Assembly (NCBI GenBank): GCA_051117555.1
Contig: JBNPEG010000003.1
Span: 1-64,000, forward strand
Source of the DNA: Elainellaceae cyanobacterium
GTDB lineage: Bacteria > Cyanobacteriota > Cyanobacteriia > CAZCXK01
Length of the DNA stretch: 64,000 nucleotides
Direction of reading: 5' to 3'
Part shown: positions 37,596-48,436 of the stretch, one piece after another
How positions within the stretch are numbered: the first letter of the stretch is position 1
Layout: each line of letters begins with the position of its first letter
Translations under genes and position numbers: made by a program
Notes under the pieces: model-generated
Database searches by the model: none
What the model was told of the DNA's origin: nothing
The model's input: the letters and a program-made list of their open reading frames with translations, nothing else

Positions 37596-39278
37596 TCATG
37601 CTCTCTTAGCCGTTAAACGACCAGATTCAGGGGGATGAGCGAGCCCATCCTGAATTGGGAAATATCCGGAATCGGCATGGGACGTTGCATCTTGGAGATG
37701 TTTCAGTAGGGTTGATTGCGGCAGAGGCCCTTGGATGTGGCTCCACGGCAAGACAGAATCAGTTGCCCAATGGTCGTGAACGTAATACTCCATATCGGGT
37801 AACTGTCCACGCAATTGTTTGAATGCGCGGCGATAGCTGCCAACTGAATCTCCAAAATGGCGGGCTAGTTCTAGCACGCGAGATAAGCGGCGATCGCCCC
37901 TCGAAATTAATGCCTGAATCACTGACCAGTTATAGCTTTCAGGACGAAAATCAATACCGTGCGATCGCAACTGCTTTTGTAATTGCTTGAGTCGCTTATC
38001 TGCTTTCCGGTTTACTCCCAACCATTGAAACGGCGTATGGGATTTAGGAACAAACGTGCTACATCCCAGCGTGAGCCGTAACCCAGGTGCAGCCCGTTTC
38101 AGAGAATGCATCATCTCGATGGTTTGGTCAAGATCTTCGGGTTCTTCTCCCGGGATGCCGACCATCCCATAGAGTTTCATTCCCTTAAGTCCACCGGCTT
38201 TTGCGTGGATAGCAGCCTGAATGATTTCATCATTGCTGAGCTTCTTGTTAATAATCTGACGCAGGCGCTCGGACCCACTTTCTACAGCGATAGTGATAGA
38301 GCGAGTATCATGCTTGACCAATATTTCAGCGAGTTTAGGCGTGACCGTATTCGATCGCATTGAGGCAATGCTTAGGCGCACATCGTCAAACCGAGGTTGA
38401 TTGAGGTGGTCTAACAGTGTTTCAAATTCGGGATGTTGGGTCACAGACGCGCCTAATAAACCAATTCGCCTTGTAACCGACACCCCCCGTTCGATTGCTG
38501 GAATCAATGATTCTCCGATGCTGGCAGTCCGAAACGGCAGGGTGAGATAGCTAGCCAAACAAAAGCGACACATTTCTGGGCAGCTCCGTACGACCTCAAC
38601 CATATAGATGTTTTCCCATGCAGCACGCTCAGTGACTACGGTTGAGGCAGATAAAACATTCCCGCGATAGGTTTGCTTAACTACCTGCGGTGGTGTTTCT
38701 GCTTCTAGCGGTTGGATTGACTCGATTGGACCCTCTGGACTTGCATACGTGACACTGTAAAGGCTGGGGACATAAACACCTGGAACCGTGGCTAAATGCT
38801 GAAGCTGAATATGCCGGTGCTCATGACGGACGCGTTGATACGCATCGATAAACTCATCTAACAAATTTTCGCCATCACCCACGAGAATGACATCAAAAAA
38901 GTCAGCAAATGGTTCTGGATTCGCTGTCAAAACTGGGCCTCCGCCAAATATGAGCGGATGCTTGCGCGATCGCTCTGATACCCGAACAGGAATGTCGAGA
39001 GACTCTAACATGCTGAGAATATTGACGTAATCTAGCTCCCAAGACACCGAAAACCCTAGCAACTCGACTTGAGCCGGAAGCGACTCGTGGGCATCAGTAA
39101 ATAGGCGACTGACGCTGAGATCCGAGCGAGAGGCTAGCGTTGCCCAGACAATTTGGTAGCCCAAACTAGTAATCCCAACGCTGTATTCATTTGGAAAGGC
39201 AAAGACGAGAGGTACAGCCTCACTATGAGCCACAGCGGGGGTAAACAGTAAGCGTTCGGAGGAAAAGGGAGAACTCAC
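37596..39278 (-). CDS. B12-binding-domain-like radical SAM protein
   Basis: CxxxCxxC motif (CPEMCRFC). N-terminal FPNEYSVGITSLGYQ and GGPVLTANPEP, plus FVPKSHTPFQ. Confidence 0.88.
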   Translation of the reverse strand: MSSPFSSERLLFTPAVAHSEAVPLVFAFPNEYSVGITSLGYQIVWATLASRSDLSVSRLFTDAHESLPAQVELLGFSVSWELDYVNILSMLESLDIPVRVSERSRKHPLIFGGGPVLTANPEPFADFFDVILVGDGENLLDEFIDAYQRVRHEHRHIQLQHLATVPGVYVPSLYSVTYASPEGPIESIQPLEAETPPQVVKQTYRGNVLSASTVVTERAAWENIYMVEVVRSCPEMCRFCLASYLTLPFRTASIGESLIPAIERGVSVTRRIGLLGASVTQHPEFETLLDHLNQPRFDDVRLSIASMRSNTVTPKLAEILVKHDTRSITIAVESGSERLRQIINKKLSNDEIIQAAIHAKAGGLKGMKLYGMVGIPGEEPEDLDQTIEMMHSLKRAAPGLRLTLGCSTFVPKSHTPFQWLGVNRKADKRLKQLQKQLRSHGIDFRPESYNWSVIQALISRGDRRLSRVLELARHFGDSVGSYRRAFKQLRGQLPDMEYYVHDHWATDSVLPWSHIQGPLPQSTLLKHLQDATSHADSGYFPIQDGLAHPPESGRLTAKRA

Positions 39279-39720
39279 AGGCGCGTTGAAGTCAGAATGA
39301 ATTGCTCTTTCAGACTAGCACTGCCCACCCCTAGCCATTGATTAGCAACGCCAAATAAGGGGGGATACAATCGTTTCCGATTGGGGGTTTCTAAAGAACA
39401 GTGAGATTGAAATTTGGAACGCAAGATTTGGCTCGGTCAAATCTATTGGGTTTGGGGCCTGAAATTATCAAGCCCTCGCTATCAAAAAAGAGAAAATCTT
39501 TTGGGTATGGGATTTTGTTTTGTGGAAAACACTGAGGTTATTCTTTGAATTTAATCGTTTCGATATTTTGATCTGGAACATTTACTGTGTTTTCCAATTG
39601 CATATTCGACTAACTTTAAGATGTCTTGTCGATCATCATGAAGATTGTGTGTAGTTGACATCATTCTGCTTCTATTCGCCTAGAACCAAATTAGGTATAA
39701 CCCCGAAGGCAACCTAGCTT

Positions 39721-40740
39721 ATGGACAAATCATTTGACGACATTGGCGGAACATTCGTCCCTCCTCAAGAAAGAGGATGTCTCAGCGACGATACCCTGTC
39801 TTACTATAACGACGCCCCTAAAATTGATGCTAGTCAACTGTTGGAAAAAGGCATCGAATTTTATCAAATTCGAGAGTTTAGTGGTGCACTTTATGCTTTT
39901 AAACAAGCGCTTGCTATTTTTCGAGACACGCAGGACTTGCAGAAAGAAGGAAAAACACTGAGCGGATTAGGGTTGGTCTATTACGCTTTAGGCGATTACA
40001 ATCGCGCCGTGACTTATTCTTATCAAGGTTTGGCGATCGCCCGTCAGACCCTTGATCGCTTCACTGAGCACCAAGCACTGGCCAATTTAGGAAATGCATA
40101 TCGACACTGCAAAGACTATGCTCGTGGAATCGAATACACTCAAAAGAGCTTAGACGTTGCGCGAGACATTCAGAGTCGCCGGGGTGAGCTCTCTGCATTA
40201 AGTAACCTGGGAATGGTTTACAAGGCAATGGGACATTGCTATAAGGCGATCGACTATTACAAAGCCAGCCTCGCTATTGCTAGAGAAATCCACGATCGGT
40301 ACCTGGAGAGTCAGGTATTGAGAAATCTTGGAAACGCCTATCATGTACTCGGTGATTATGATAAGATGATTGAATGCTATGAAGACGTGTTAAATAGTAT
40401 TCGATGCATTCCCGATCGCCGCACAGAAATGCAGCTTCTTAAAAACCTGGGCAGCATTTGCGCCATGGCGGGAAAGCCAGATTGTGCGATTCAATATCAT
40501 CACCAACGACTCGCGATCGCTCGGGAATTACACGATCTTAATCACGAAGAACAAGCCCTCGAAAACTTAGGGATTCTTTATGATGCTTCGGGCGACTATA
40601 TCAAAGCTTTGGACTATCATGAACAACGCTTGCACGTTGCTCAAACCATTCAAAATTCCGAGCTAGAGTCGCGGGTTCGCCGTAGCTTAAAAACTATCTG
40701 TTATGCCATGGGCGACTATAAAAGAGCATACAAATACTAA
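39721..40740 (+). CDS. TPR repeat protein (about 40-aa repeats)
   Basis: Repeated LxNLGxxY...GDY..AI.Y...LAIARE units. Confidence 0.88.
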   Translation: MDKSFDDIGGTFVPPQERGCLSDDTLSYYNDAPKIDASQLLEKGIEFYQIREFSGALYAFKQALAIFRDTQDLQKEGKTLSGLGLVYYALGDYNRAVTYSYQGLAIARQTLDRFTEHQALANLGNAYRHCKDYARGIEYTQKSLDVARDIQSRRGELSALSNLGMVYKAMGHCYKAIDYYKASLAIAREIHDRYLESQVLRNLGNAYHVLGDYDKMIECYEDVLNSIRCIPDRRTEMQLLKNLGSICAMAGKPDCAIQYHHQRLAIARELHDLNHEEQALENLGILYDASGDYIKALDYHEQRLHVAQTIQNSELESRVRRSLKTICYAMGDYKRAYKY

Positions 40741-40823
40741 CTAATTGGATTGCAGAACCCATTAGTGTTTGGGGGAGACAATCGTCTCGGTTGAGTAGAT
40801 TGAGGCCGTATAGACTATTTTCC

Positions 40824-41807
40824 TTATCTCAGGATGATTTCATTCCTGAAATATTCCACCCTAGAATCTAAATCGAGCGATCGCAATCGTAATGAAATTT
40901 CTTCCGCTTCAGCCCGGCTGCTGTAAGCTCCTGCAAAAATAAATAGACCCCGGCCAGACCCCGCAAAACTTGCTCCGGTAACCACTCGCTGAGCTTGCCG
41001 AAGCTCGTCGATATCGTCTCTATCAGCCGGAACAGATACGATATAAGGCCCTTGTCTGGGTAGACCAAACACGGTTAAACCACCAGCGCTCGGCGCTCCT
41101 GGATCGGTCGGACCGCTAGGCGTAAACCCTAGCGCTCTCCACGTTGCTGGCCCCGTTACTCCGTCCACTGAAAGCCCTTGAAATGATTGAAAACTGCGGA
41201 TAGCATCTTCGGTTGACGGACCGTAAACTCCATCTGTGCCGCCTGTAGAATATCCTCTGGTATTTAATTCTCGTTGGAGAGCTTCGACATCAGAGCCGCG
41301 ATCGCCCGGATATAACGTTCGGCTGCCAGGGGCGGCATCGATGTAGGGGGAGTCTGCGGGAGGGAACGGAGTATCAAATGTAACGTTTGTAAATGCTGGC
41401 GATGCGGATGGGATACCAAACAACGCTGATTCCGTTGCGGGCCCATAAATTCCATCGGGAACTAATCCCGCATCTCGCTGAAACTGAATGAGTGCGTCTT
41501 CGGTTATTTGACCAAACACTCCATCGACATTGACGAAATAGCCCCGGTCTTGAAGCTGTTGCTGTAATGTCTCAACTGCTGGCCCGGTCTCGCCTCGTTC
41601 TAAAATTAACTGAGCTTTTACTGGAGTCATGATGCCAACCGTTGCCCAAATCGCGGCAGGCAAAATCACAGATAGCAAGAACCGACCCGATATGAAGTGT
41701 CGAATCATTGCCCACAGAGAAGGCTGAATATTTGACGTGTTGCGAAGCAAGGCGGGCTTAAGTAAAAGAAATTCCAAAAATTTGTACCGATCGGCGCGAG
41801 TATCCAT
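40824..41807 (-). CDS. Secreted protein with two peptidoglycan-binding domains and a SPOR-like C-terminus (start probably downstream, about 41708)
   Basis: Two V..LQ..L...GY...DG.FG..TE.A...FQ...GL..DG..GP.T domains, a signal-like N-terminus and a C-terminal AGAYSSRAEAE. Confidence 0.85.
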   Translation of the reverse strand: MDTRADRYKFLEFLLLKPALLRNTSNIQPSLWAMIRHFISGRFLLSVILPAAIWATVGIMTPVKAQLILERGETGPAVETLQQQLQDRGYFVNVDGVFGQITEDALIQFQRDAGLVPDGIYGPATESALFGIPSASPAFTNVTFDTPFPPADSPYIDAAPGSRTLYPGDRGSDVEALQRELNTRGYSTGGTDGVYGPSTEDAIRSFQSFQGLSVDGVTGPATWRALGFTPSGPTDPGAPSAGGLTVFGLPRQGPYIVSVPADRDDIDELRQAQRVVTGASFAGSGRGLFIFAGAYSSRAEAEEISLRLRSLDLDSRVEYFRNEIILR

Positions 41808-41890
41808 CTTTTTTCGAGATCTTCTACAGCATTACTCTAGACTATCCTGTCTTGACAAAATTGTTTGATTGTTGTCTCTAAATCTAGAGA

Positions 41891-42868
41891 TTAGATCGAT
41901 CGGCTTGCATACGCAGCCATGGGTTCTTTAATGAAACGGATATAGAAATGCCTAAATGTAGATTTCAGAACTCGCGGCAAGCCAAAATCAATGGGGACGA
42001 GCCTATCAGGCAGCTTCCAGTCTGACACGTATAAATCGCCAGGCTGAAGATGCGGAAACACAATCTCTGCTATGTCTGGACAAAGCCCCAGTCGTTGAGA
42101 TGCGTTAACCGTTGGAACCTGGGCAGATTCGACACCTAGAATATCGATCAAGGCGCGATCGAGCGCAAAAACATTGGTCGAGGCAGCAAGAACGCCCAGC
42201 CGACGAGGCTCACCACCGCTCGGCCCGTTTCCCTGATGCCCAATAATGCCATCCATAATCGTCAGATCAGGAGCGATCGCCCTCGCCGTTTCAACCAGCA
42301 TTGTGCCAAAGCGATCGCGATCCTTACCGGCTTCCATATGCCACCAAGCTTTCATTTTGCCAGGAACACAGCCAAAAAGATTTTTGACCCCCAATGTGAG
42401 CGTCAGCTGAGCGTGAGATTTTACTTTGGGGAGATTAATGACGACATCCGCATCAATGGCGTCTTTACAAAGAAGCAGGTGATTAAATTCGGCATTGACG
42501 GTTTCGTAGCGCTTACCGCTAAACTCGACGACCGGAATACCCAACTCGTGCAAATACGGGAGATAACCGTTGGCTTTGGCGACTCCATGCGCACTTCCAA
42601 AGGCTGGACTGTCGCCCAGGAATGGATGTCCCCCCGCTTTTTGAACCAACTTTGCCACGCTGTAGACGAGTTCTGGGCGCGTTGTGCATTCGTTATCAGG
42701 GCGTGACCCAGTCAGGAGATTAGGTTTCAGCAAGACGCGATCGCCCGGTTTAACAACGCTTTGGATACCACCCAGCGGCGCGAGTACCTGTTCAAGAGAA
42801 TCTTGTAATGCCGGAATGTCATAAGTCTCAGACCGCAATAAGCTCACAATTGGCTGATGGTGTTCCAT
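41891..42868 (-). CDS. DUF362 domain protein
   Basis: VLLKPNL, GDSP, INLPKVKSH, TLGVKNLFG and MDGI...GNGP. Confidence 0.85.
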   Translation of the reverse strand: MEHHQPIVSLLRSETYDIPALQDSLEQVLAPLGGIQSVVKPGDRVLLKPNLLTGSRPDNECTTRPELVYSVAKLVQKAGGHPFLGDSPAFGSAHGVAKANGYLPYLHELGIPVVEFSGKRYETVNAEFNHLLLCKDAIDADVVINLPKVKSHAQLTLTLGVKNLFGCVPGKMKAWWHMEAGKDRDRFGTMLVETARAIAPDLTIMDGIIGHQGNGPSGGEPRRLGVLAASTNVFALDRALIDILGVESAQVPTVNASQRLGLCPDIAEIVFPHLQPGDLYVSDWKLPDRLVPIDFGLPRVLKSTFRHFYIRFIKEPMAAYASRSI

Positions 42869-42926
42869 ATCTTAATCGTGTTCCTCGAATAATCATCAAC
42901 GTGCTCGTCTGTCATCCCCGATCAAC

Positions 42927-43220
42927 TTAGCGCATGCGGTTCAAAGCAGTGACTCGTTCAGCATTTGAAAATACGTCTTCTCCGTGAAGCTGAGGTAGAG
43001 GAGGCTTGACTTCTACTTTGATCACGTTGTCGATGTTGATAAAGACGGTTTGTTCGGGCAAATTCAAAATCCACCAGTCTTTCTTCAAAATATGCCGTAC
43101 CTCTAGCTGAACCTCTTGATTGTTTGCAGCATCGTCGAGAGAGGCATACACATTAAATGATTCAGTCTTTCCGTCGAGATAGTGAAAGGTTAGTTGGGTA
43201 TAGGAATCTTGGCTTTGCAT
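42927..43220 (-). CDS. Hypothetical protein
   Basis: Compact ORF filling the gap, co-oriented with DUF362. ATG 43220 is the likely start. Confidence 0.6.
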   Translation of the reverse strand: MQSQDSYTQLTFHYLDGKTESFNVYASLDDAANNQEVQLEVRHILKKDWWILNLPEQTVFINIDNVIKVEVKPPLPQLHGEDVFSNAERVTALNRMR

Positions 43221-43413
43221 CGTGATATTTCTGAGTGGTGTATTAACCTGTTTATCTTGCCAAATTTCAGCATTTGAATAAATTAACTGTGACAAAAATT
43301 CGATGAGGGGTTTGACCCCTCATGCCAAGCGAGAACGCCTGGCAAAATTGGGAATACTAGGAAAAATAGGTGCTCTTCCATTGACCCCAGATTTAGGCTG
43401 GGCTAGAACGGAT

Positions 43414-44229
43414 ATGGGTCGAGATAACGATTTACAAACCTGGTATGGGCAGGGTTGTTCGCTCTATGACATTGGTCGATACGAAGGGGCGATCGCCCGG
43501 TTTGACAAGATTTTAGCGACAAACCCTGAAAACTACGATGCATGGGTTCATCGTGGCTATGCGCTGTATGCGCTTCATGCTATCCAGGATGCGATCAAGA
43601 GTTTTGACGGCGCACTTCAAATTTGCCCAAAGTCTGGACTGGCGTGGCATGGCAAAGGACTAGCTCTAGCGAAACTAGGGCTCTATGACGACGTGATTGA
43701 ATGTTTTCGGCAAGCCCTGAAGATCAATCCAACCGATCAGCGGGTCTGGTACAACCAGGGCAATGCTCTTCTCCGGCTATACCGATATGATGAGGCGCTT
43801 GTTAGCTTTAATCGAGCGGTGGCTCTTAAGCGAGATGATCATCATGCCTGGTATAACCGCTCGACAACATTGGGGGCGCTTCACCGATATAACGATGCAC
43901 TAGACAGTGTTAACACGGCCCTTGAGCTGAAGCCCGATCGCTATTACATCTGGAATTATCGGGGGTTGGTGCTTGTTAACCTGGCTCGTCATGATGAGGC
44001 GATCGCCAGTTTTGATCAATCGCTGCACTATAAACGCGATAACCCCAATGCCTGGTATGGTAAAGCCTGTTCGTATGCGCTTCAAGGCGATATCGACTCA
44101 ACCGTCAAGAATCTTTATCGGACGTTTGTGCTCAGCCCGTATCTATACCGATTTATGGCGAAAACTGATTCAAAATTTGACGCAATTCGCGAAGATTATC
44201 GGTTCCAGAAAATCACTCGGGAGGACTAA
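43414..44229 (+). CDS. TPR repeat protein, paralog A (271 aa)
   Basis: 34-aa AW.xRG..L repeats and C-terminal AWYGKAC...TD..FD. Start chosen by alignment with paralog B. Confidence 0.88.
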   Translation: MGRDNDLQTWYGQGCSLYDIGRYEGAIARFDKILATNPENYDAWVHRGYALYALHAIQDAIKSFDGALQICPKSGLAWHGKGLALAKLGLYDDVIECFRQALKINPTDQRVWYNQGNALLRLYRYDEALVSFNRAVALKRDDHHAWYNRSTTLGALHRYNDALDSVNTALELKPDRYYIWNYRGLVLVNLARHDEAIASFDQSLHYKRDNPNAWYGKACSYALQGDIDSTVKNLYRTFVLSPYLYRFMAKTDSKFDAIREDYRFQKITRED

Positions 44230-44343
44230 GCTGGAACCGTAATCGTGTAAATATGCTGGGCGGTAACCTTAGCGGGTCATTGCCAGTCAGGCTGTGCCCG
44301 GAATGGGTATTCTAAAGAATTCATTGAACCTGCTAGATCGGCT

Positions 44344-45159
44344 ATGGAAAACAGTCACGATATTCACACTTGGTTGGGGCAAGCCAATTCTCTCTACGGA
44401 GTCGGACGCTACCAGGGCGCGATCGCCAAATTAGATAAGCTGCTTGATATCAATCCAGCGAATTATGAAGCCTGGAATCAGCGGGGCTATACATTGCTGA
44501 AGATGGGAGCCTATGACGAGGCGATCGCTAGCTTCGGCAACGCGATTCAGATTCAGCCTAACTTTGCCCTCTCATGGCACGGGAAAGGCATTGTGCATGC
44601 GAAATTGAATCAATATGAAGACGCAATCAAAAACTTTAGCCAAGCATTGAAATATAATCCTGACGATCATAAAGCCTGGTATAACCAAGGAAACGCTCAA
44701 ATCTGCCTATATCGTTATCGAGATGCGATAGAGAGCCTCGATCGCGCCATTGACCTAAAGCCAAACTTTTACAGAGCTTGGTACATCAGAGGTACTGCAC
44801 TGGCTTCACTGCGGCGATATGACGAAGCTCTCAATAGCTTAGATACTGTTCTGACAATCAAGCAAACGTGCCACTATGCCTGGAATTATCGTGGAATTGT
44901 GTTGAATAAATTGGGGCGGTATGACGATGCTGTGAAAAGCTTCGAGATTTCTTTGGCGTGCCGCTCGGAAAATCCTAGTGCATGGTATGGCAAAGCGTGT
45001 GCTCACGCGGCTCAAGAGGTGGTCGATATGACCGTCCAAAGTCTATATCGGGCCATTGTGACGAGTCCTAATCTTTATAAGCTAATGGCTCAAACCGACT
45101 CAGCCTTTGACAGCGTTCGCCATACTCAAGAATTTCAGGCATTAATCCAATTGGGGTGA
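44344..45159 (+). CDS. TPR repeat protein, paralog B (271 aa)
   Basis: Colinear with paralog A, with the same motifs. Confidence 0.9.
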   Translation: MENSHDIHTWLGQANSLYGVGRYQGAIAKLDKLLDINPANYEAWNQRGYTLLKMGAYDEAIASFGNAIQIQPNFALSWHGKGIVHAKLNQYEDAIKNFSQALKYNPDDHKAWYNQGNAQICLYRYRDAIESLDRAIDLKPNFYRAWYIRGTALASLRRYDEALNSLDTVLTIKQTCHYAWNYRGIVLNKLGRYDDAVKSFEISLACRSENPSAWYGKACAHAAQEVVDMTVQSLYRAIVTSPNLYKLMAQTDSAFDSVRHTQEFQALIQLG

Positions 45160-45258
45160 TTGAATATCGCTTTGTTCGAGATTGGATACATCACAGGGGG
45201 CGCGATCTTCTATAACTCGTCATCTGACAATATAGTGTCTAGGATGTGAGACGAATTA

Positions 45259-45346
45259 TATAGCGATTCTAAATCGCTTGTGAATTGCGTGTGAGCGGTG
45301 GGGCGGGCGGCTCCCCACCGCTCACAACCCATCTGGGATTGCTATA
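45259..45346 (+). mobile_element. Very small dispersed repeat (SDR/MITE-like), TATAGC...GCTATA termini
   Basis: Imperfect terminal inverted repeats with G-T pairs and an inner GTGAGCGGTGGGG/CCCCACCGCTCAC hairpin. Related copies at 57681 and 48057. Confidence 0.75.
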
Positions 45347-45494
45347 TTACGAGTGAATTTGGGCTAATTCTTTAAGGGCGATTAGAATTAAGTGGAATTT
45401 TGTGATTTTTTCTTTAAAGGTTGAATAAAGTGGGGTAAGCAAGTCTTTGAATCGCTAAGTCTGCTGCTGAATTACTGGCTCCCTAAAGATTTTT

Positions 45495-46277
45495 ATGAAA
45501 CTATCTACCATATCCTCAATAATCCTCACATTTACTACGCTCGGATTAACCCTTCCCGTGCGTGCAGAAAATGTCGACCATGTGCATCAGCTGATTACGA
45601 CTAGAGAATGTCAAGCGTGTGAGCTTCGGGAGGCAGGGCTGGTCTACACAGATTTATCTCGAACTGATTTAACGGGAGCAAACTTGAGTCGTGCCAACTT
45701 GAATCGAGCTAATTTATCTGGAGCGACGCTTCGAGGAACTAATCTGGTTGGGGCAAATTTATACAGCGCGAATTTGGCAGGCGCAGATTTACAGGGTGCG
45801 GATTTGCGGGGTGCAGATTTACGAAATGCCTATTTGCTAGATGTAAATCTAACGGGGGCAAACATTGAGGGCGCGAATCTGCGGGGTGCGATCGGTATTC
45901 CAGATCGGATTCTCGGAATCAACGATTACTACGGATGGGGACTGATTGAAACTAGACGAGGCAACTTTGAAGGAGCAGTGGCTTACTACAACCAGACGTT
46001 AGAGCTTGATCCGACGTTTGCTGCTGCTTATTTGGGGCGCAGTATTGCTCGCTACGAATTGGGCGATCGCCCAGGAGCGCTGGAGGATGCCGAACGCGCC
46101 GAGGAACTATTTGCCGCGCAAGGACAAGCCCAAGGTCAACAAGCTGCTGCCAATATGACAGAAGGAATCATCGCGGTACAAGAGGCTGAAGACGAGAGTG
46201 AATCGTCTAACAGAGGATCTAACTTCTTGAATTTCCTGGGATCGATGGGAATGCTTTTGCTGCGCTTTATGCTCTAA
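45495..46277 (+). CDS. Secreted pentapeptide-repeat protein with C-terminal TPR
   Basis: Signal peptide (VRA|EN), CxxC cap, A[D/N]LxG repeats and TPR motifs. Confidence 0.88.
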   Translation: MKLSTISSIILTFTTLGLTLPVRAENVDHVHQLITTRECQACELREAGLVYTDLSRTDLTGANLSRANLNRANLSGATLRGTNLVGANLYSANLAGADLQGADLRGADLRNAYLLDVNLTGANIEGANLRGAIGIPDRILGINDYYGWGLIETRRGNFEGAVAYYNQTLELDPTFAAAYLGRSIARYELGDRPGALEDAERAEELFAAQGQAQGQQAAANMTEGIIAVQEAEDESESSNRGSNFLNFLGSMGMLLLRFML

Positions 46278-46284
46278 GGTTTGG

Positions 46285-47301
46285 TTAGTTTCGCGATGAT
46301 GCCCTATAAGTATCTAGGATTGTGAGTAGAGTCACCTCCCAAACGAGTTGAGATTGAGCATAACTCAGTATCTGGCGGCGAGCTGTTTCTAAAGTCTTAA
46401 GCGTTTCATGGGATGGTTGCTCACACCAAAACCGATGTTGTAGATGATTTAGCAGCCAAAGTTGGGTATCAGTGTCGAGGGTCCTTGAAATGTCCCTGGC
46501 CAGCTCTAAGCTTTGCCGCATGCTGATCGGCGGACTCACCACAGATTGCAAGAGCTCTGCAGGAATTTGTGGTAACTGATTCCAGCTTGCGATCGCCTCC
46601 CCAGGGCTGCCTTGAGCCGTTGCGAGTAGATCGGGCTGTCCTACGATTTCAGCATATCCAGTCACCTCTAGAACGCGCACGATTGCATCGTGACTGAGTC
46701 GATGAAATGGAATTTTTTGGCAGCGAGAGACGAGCGTAGGGAGGAGGGCATCTACACTAGGAGCCAAAAGGATTAAGGTTGCTTGTCCGGGTTCTTCCAA
46801 TGTTTTCAGCAACGCGTTGGCAGCTGATTCTGCCATCGTTTCTGTCTGCTCTAAAATGACTACTGTCCGTTGGGCTTCTAAGGGGGGGCGGCTCAAAAAT
46901 CGAGTGATTTCTCGAATCTGCTCTAAACGGATTTGTGGCAGACTCTTCCGCTTGAGATTCATCTCGGCTGCTTCAGATGCAGAAATCCGCTTACCCTGAT
47001 GCAAATACGTTGGCTCTACCCACAGCAAATCAGGATGGTTGCCTTGACGAACATTTGATTTCAATCGAGTTATTGACTGCTGCTTTGTCCCGTCCTCACC
47101 ATGCAGAATCCATGGCATTGAGAAGAGAGCCTCTGCAAAACACCGAGCTGCTAAAGATTTACCGACTCCTAGCGGCCCTGTGAATAAATAAGCGGGCGCA
47201 ATCCTCTGATGAGCGATCGCCTGGCTGAGCAACTCAACTGCCTGAGATTGACCTAGCAGTTCTTCGAAAAAGGGATGGATTACGCTGAGGCTGGATACCA
47301 T
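46285..47301 (-). CDS. holB: DNA polymerase III subunit delta'
   Basis: AYLFTGPLGVGKS, NHPDL, AANALLKTLEEP and LPTLVSRC. Overlaps tmk. Confidence 0.93.
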   Translation of the reverse strand: MVSSLSVIHPFFEELLGQSQAVELLSQAIAHQRIAPAYLFTGPLGVGKSLAARCFAEALFSMPWILHGEDGTKQQSITRLKSNVRQGNHPDLLWVEPTYLHQGKRISASEAAEMNLKRKSLPQIRLEQIREITRFLSRPPLEAQRTVVILEQTETMAESAANALLKTLEEPGQATLILLAPSVDALLPTLVSRCQKIPFHRLSHDAIVRVLEVTGYAEIVGQPDLLATAQGSPGEAIASWNQLPQIPAELLQSVVSPPISMRQSLELARDISRTLDTDTQLWLLNHLQHRFWCEQPSHETLKTLETARRQILSYAQSQLVWEVTLLTILDTYRASSRN

Positions 47302-47966
47302 TGAAGGAGTCTTTCTTCTAAAACCGACTGAATTTGATCGGCGACGTCTTGTTCTGTGCCCCGGGCATCAATGCGAATGATGCGATTCGGATACGCATCT
47401 GCGAGTGTTGCAAACCCACCTTGCACACGACGATGAAATTCTAGATTAGCGTGTTCGATGCGATCGCACCCTCCCCGGTTTCGAGTTCGAGTCAGGCCGG
47501 TCTCGACATCCAAATCTAACCAAAAAGTTAAATCACTCTCTAGTCCGCCTGTGGCAATGTAATTGAGTTGCTCGATGATCTGCAGATTTAATCCTCGTCC
47601 ATATCCTTGATAGGCCACTGTTGAGTCAGTGTAGCGATCGCATAAGATAAGGGCCCCCCGATTGAGATGAGGCGTTAAGAATTCCTGGACATGCTGTGCT
47701 CGATCAGCCGCATATAGCAGCAATTCTGCATGGTCATGGATGCTTGACTGAACAGAATCGCCGGATTCTCCTAACAGAATCTGGCGGATACGTGTCCCTA
47801 GATCGGTTCCTCCTGGTTCTCTAGTTAGACAGACCCAACGCTGAAAATCGCCTCTCTGCATGTGTTGAACGACTGGATTCTCTAGTAACCAAGCCTTTGT
47901 TCGTTTAATCTGAGTAGTTTTGCCACATCCCTCAACTCCCTCGAAAACAATGAGCTTTCCTTTCAT
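47280..47966 (-). CDS. tmk: Thymidylate kinase
   Basis: FEGVEGCGKTTQ, TREPGGT, AADRAQH and CDRYTDSTVAYQGYGR. Confidence 0.96.
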   Translation of the reverse strand: MKGKLIVFEGVEGCGKTTQIKRTKAWLLENPVVQHMQRGDFQRWVCLTREPGGTDLGTRIRQILLGESGDSVQSSIHDHAELLLYAADRAQHVQEFLTPHLNRGALILCDRYTDSTVAYQGYGRGLNLQIIEQLNYIATGGLESDLTFWLDLDVETGLTRTRNRGGCDRIEHANLEFHRRVQGGFATLADAYPNRIIRIDARGTEQDVADQIQSVLEERLLQWYPASA

Positions 47967-48056
47967 ACGCGACTCGATATTGAACTCCGATCAGCCTGAT
48001 TTTACTGACTATCCATCGGCCTGTGCCTAGGTTTAGTTTTCTCCTGACATATCAGC

Positions 48057-48079
48057 TATAGCAATCCCAGATGGGTTGT
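48057..48079 (-). repeat. Truncated terminal fragment of the 45259-type dispersed repeat
   Basis: TATAGCAATCCCAGATGGGTTGT is the exact reverse complement of 45324-45346. Confidence 0.8.
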
Positions 48080-48436
48080 AGTTTTATGCAAAGTTAATCA
48101 TCTGTGTCTTTGCAAAACGTTTGAAAAAATGACTTTTCTGTAATAATCTAGGCGCATAAGTTGCTTTTGATAGAACTGAGTTAGTAATTTTGTATGAAAG
48201 AGGATGCATGGTGGTAGTTAGAACAACATATTGCCTAACCGCACGCTGTATTAATGTCGACATTCTCTAGTCAGAGGCAATTGTACTCTAAGTAGATATG
48301 TTGTCTAGCGTATGGATAGAGTAAAGGTTGTCTTGATTTGAAGGGCGATCGCAAATAACCCATCCTTAAGAAAAGGTAACTTGGTTTACTACTTGGTTTA
48401 TTAGAAGTCTTAGATGTTGTGCGTCCGAGGTTGCCT

